Source: Nitrosococcus oceani ATCC 19707 (GTDB lineage: Bacteria > Pseudomonadota > Gammaproteobacteria > Nitrosococcales > Nitrosococcaceae). From it: a stretch of 32,000 nucleotides of DNA. A program made the translations under genes and the position numbers. The stretch is taken from assembly GCF_000012805.1 (NCBI RefSeq), contig NC_007484.1:1290001-1322000 (forward strand), read 5' to 3'. This document shows positions 31,299 through 32,000 of this stretch, piece by piece. The notes below the pieces were generated by a model that saw only the letters and a program-made list of their open reading frames with translations, was not told where the DNA came from and searched no databases. Position 1 is the first letter of the stretch. Every line of letters starts with the position of its first letter.

Positions 31299-32000
31299 AT
31301 ACGGAAGCGACCTCCGCGACCGCTGGAGCGTCCGCCAAGCAGCCCCTCGACGAGATCATGCTCGCCATGGACGTGGTGGATACCCTGCGCCGGCGCGAGC
31401 GTTTGGTAAAGCGGGAGATCGAGGTGGAAGGCCGGGAGCAGGATCTTAAGGAGCGCCTGCGCAAAATTTATCAAGCCCAGGGCATTGAAGTCTCGGATCG
31501 GATTTTGGCGGAGGGAGTGGCCGCGCTCAGGGAGGATCGCTTCGTTTATAAGCCGCCGGCGGAAAGCTTCCATGTCAAGCTAGCGCGTCTCTACGTTAGC
31601 CGCAACCGCTGGGGCAAGTGGCTGCTAGGGGGGATTGGCGTTCTGATTATTGCTTGGACCGTCAATTACTTTGTTTTTGTTGCTCCGAGTAAAGCCCTGC
31701 CGGAGGAGATTGCGACCGTCCATGCAGAAGTAACCGAGATCGCCAGATCCGATCGTGCCCGGGAGCGTGCGGAGCAACTGCTGAATGCCGGGCAAACCGC
31801 GCTGGACAATGAGAATAAGGATGCCGCCCGGCAGGCGCTGCGGTTGCTGGAGGACTTGCGCACCCGTTTGGAGCAGGAGTACACGCTCCGCATCGTTAAC
31901 CGGCCAAGGGAGCAGAGCGGCGTTTGGCGCGTGCCGGATATCAATACCCGTGCTCGCAATTACTACCTCATTGTCGAGGCGATCGATCCCAGCGGCAAGG
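31295..32000 (+). CDS. membrane-anchored protein of unknown function (N-terminal cytoplasmic helix, one TM, extracytoplasmic domain); 3' end runs off the window
   Basis: It is open to the window edge and so is absent from the track. My translation from the ATG at 31295 gives MNTEATSATAGASAKQPLDEIMLAMDVVDTLRRRERLVKREIE..NRWGKWLLGGIGVLIIAWTVNYFVFVAPS..RIVNRPREQSGVWRVPDINTRARNYYLIVEAIDPSGK. The ATG overlaps the upstream stop (ATGA at 31295..31298). Confidence 0.6.
   Translation, partial: MNTEATSATAGASAKQPLDEIMLAMDVVDTLRRRERLVKREIEVEGREQDLKERLRKIYQAQGIEVSDRILAEGVAALREDRFVYKPPAESFHVKLARLYVSRNRWGKWLLGGIGVLIIAWTVNYFVFVAPSKALPEEIATVHAEVTEIARSDRARERAEQLLNAGQTALDNENKDAARQALRLLEDLRTRLEQEYTLRIVNRPREQSGVWRVPDINTRARNYYLIVEAIDPSGK

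Noticed and set aside
1-32000. CRISPR arrays, tRNA or rRNA genes, and retron-like or other regularly spaced repeats.
   Set aside because: Reading both strands, I saw no regularly spaced direct repeats and no tRNA-like T-arm other than the one in ssrA. I also saw no reverse transcriptase or cas-like ORF.

Overview
The window looks like a gammaproteobacterial chromosomal segment; I could not assign a taxon without a search. The housekeeping backbone is syntenic with other gammaproteobacteria. It runs purM, a DUF2066 gene, a CDP-alcohol phosphatidyltransferase, hda, an RpfE-like gene, recJ, nadK, recN, a MarC-family gene, a CPBP protease, fur, bamE, rnfH, ratA, smpB, ssrA and then metH. Three accessory patches interrupt it.

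(1) 811-2790, between purM and the DUF2066 gene, is nested OMEGA-type transposon debris. It holds an IscB-like C-terminal remnant. Next to it lies a TnpB element that carries a divergent ribbon-helix-helix gene. Its tnpB is stopped exactly at the zinc ribbon.

(2) 14880-17110 surrounds smpB. It contains an 80-nt foldback copy of the first element's right end, a 37-nt copy of an IscB-internal segment, and an intact TnpB element in the smpB-ssrA spacer. That element appears to have given SmpB a tail about 28 aa too long.

(3) 17578-~25920 is a decayed island integrated at the tmRNA gene. Its P4-type integrase, AlpA gene and one other gene are frameshifted. Its type I restriction-modification operon is fully intact and runs hsdR>hsdS>mntA>hepT>hsdM. 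The HEPN/MNT toxin-antitoxin pair is joined into the operon by ATGA overlaps.

The right end carries a TelA-like gene coupled by an ATGA overlap to a membrane-protein gene that runs off the window. I found no CRISPR array, rRNA or tRNA. All homology calls rest on motifs recognised by eye and need database confirmation.
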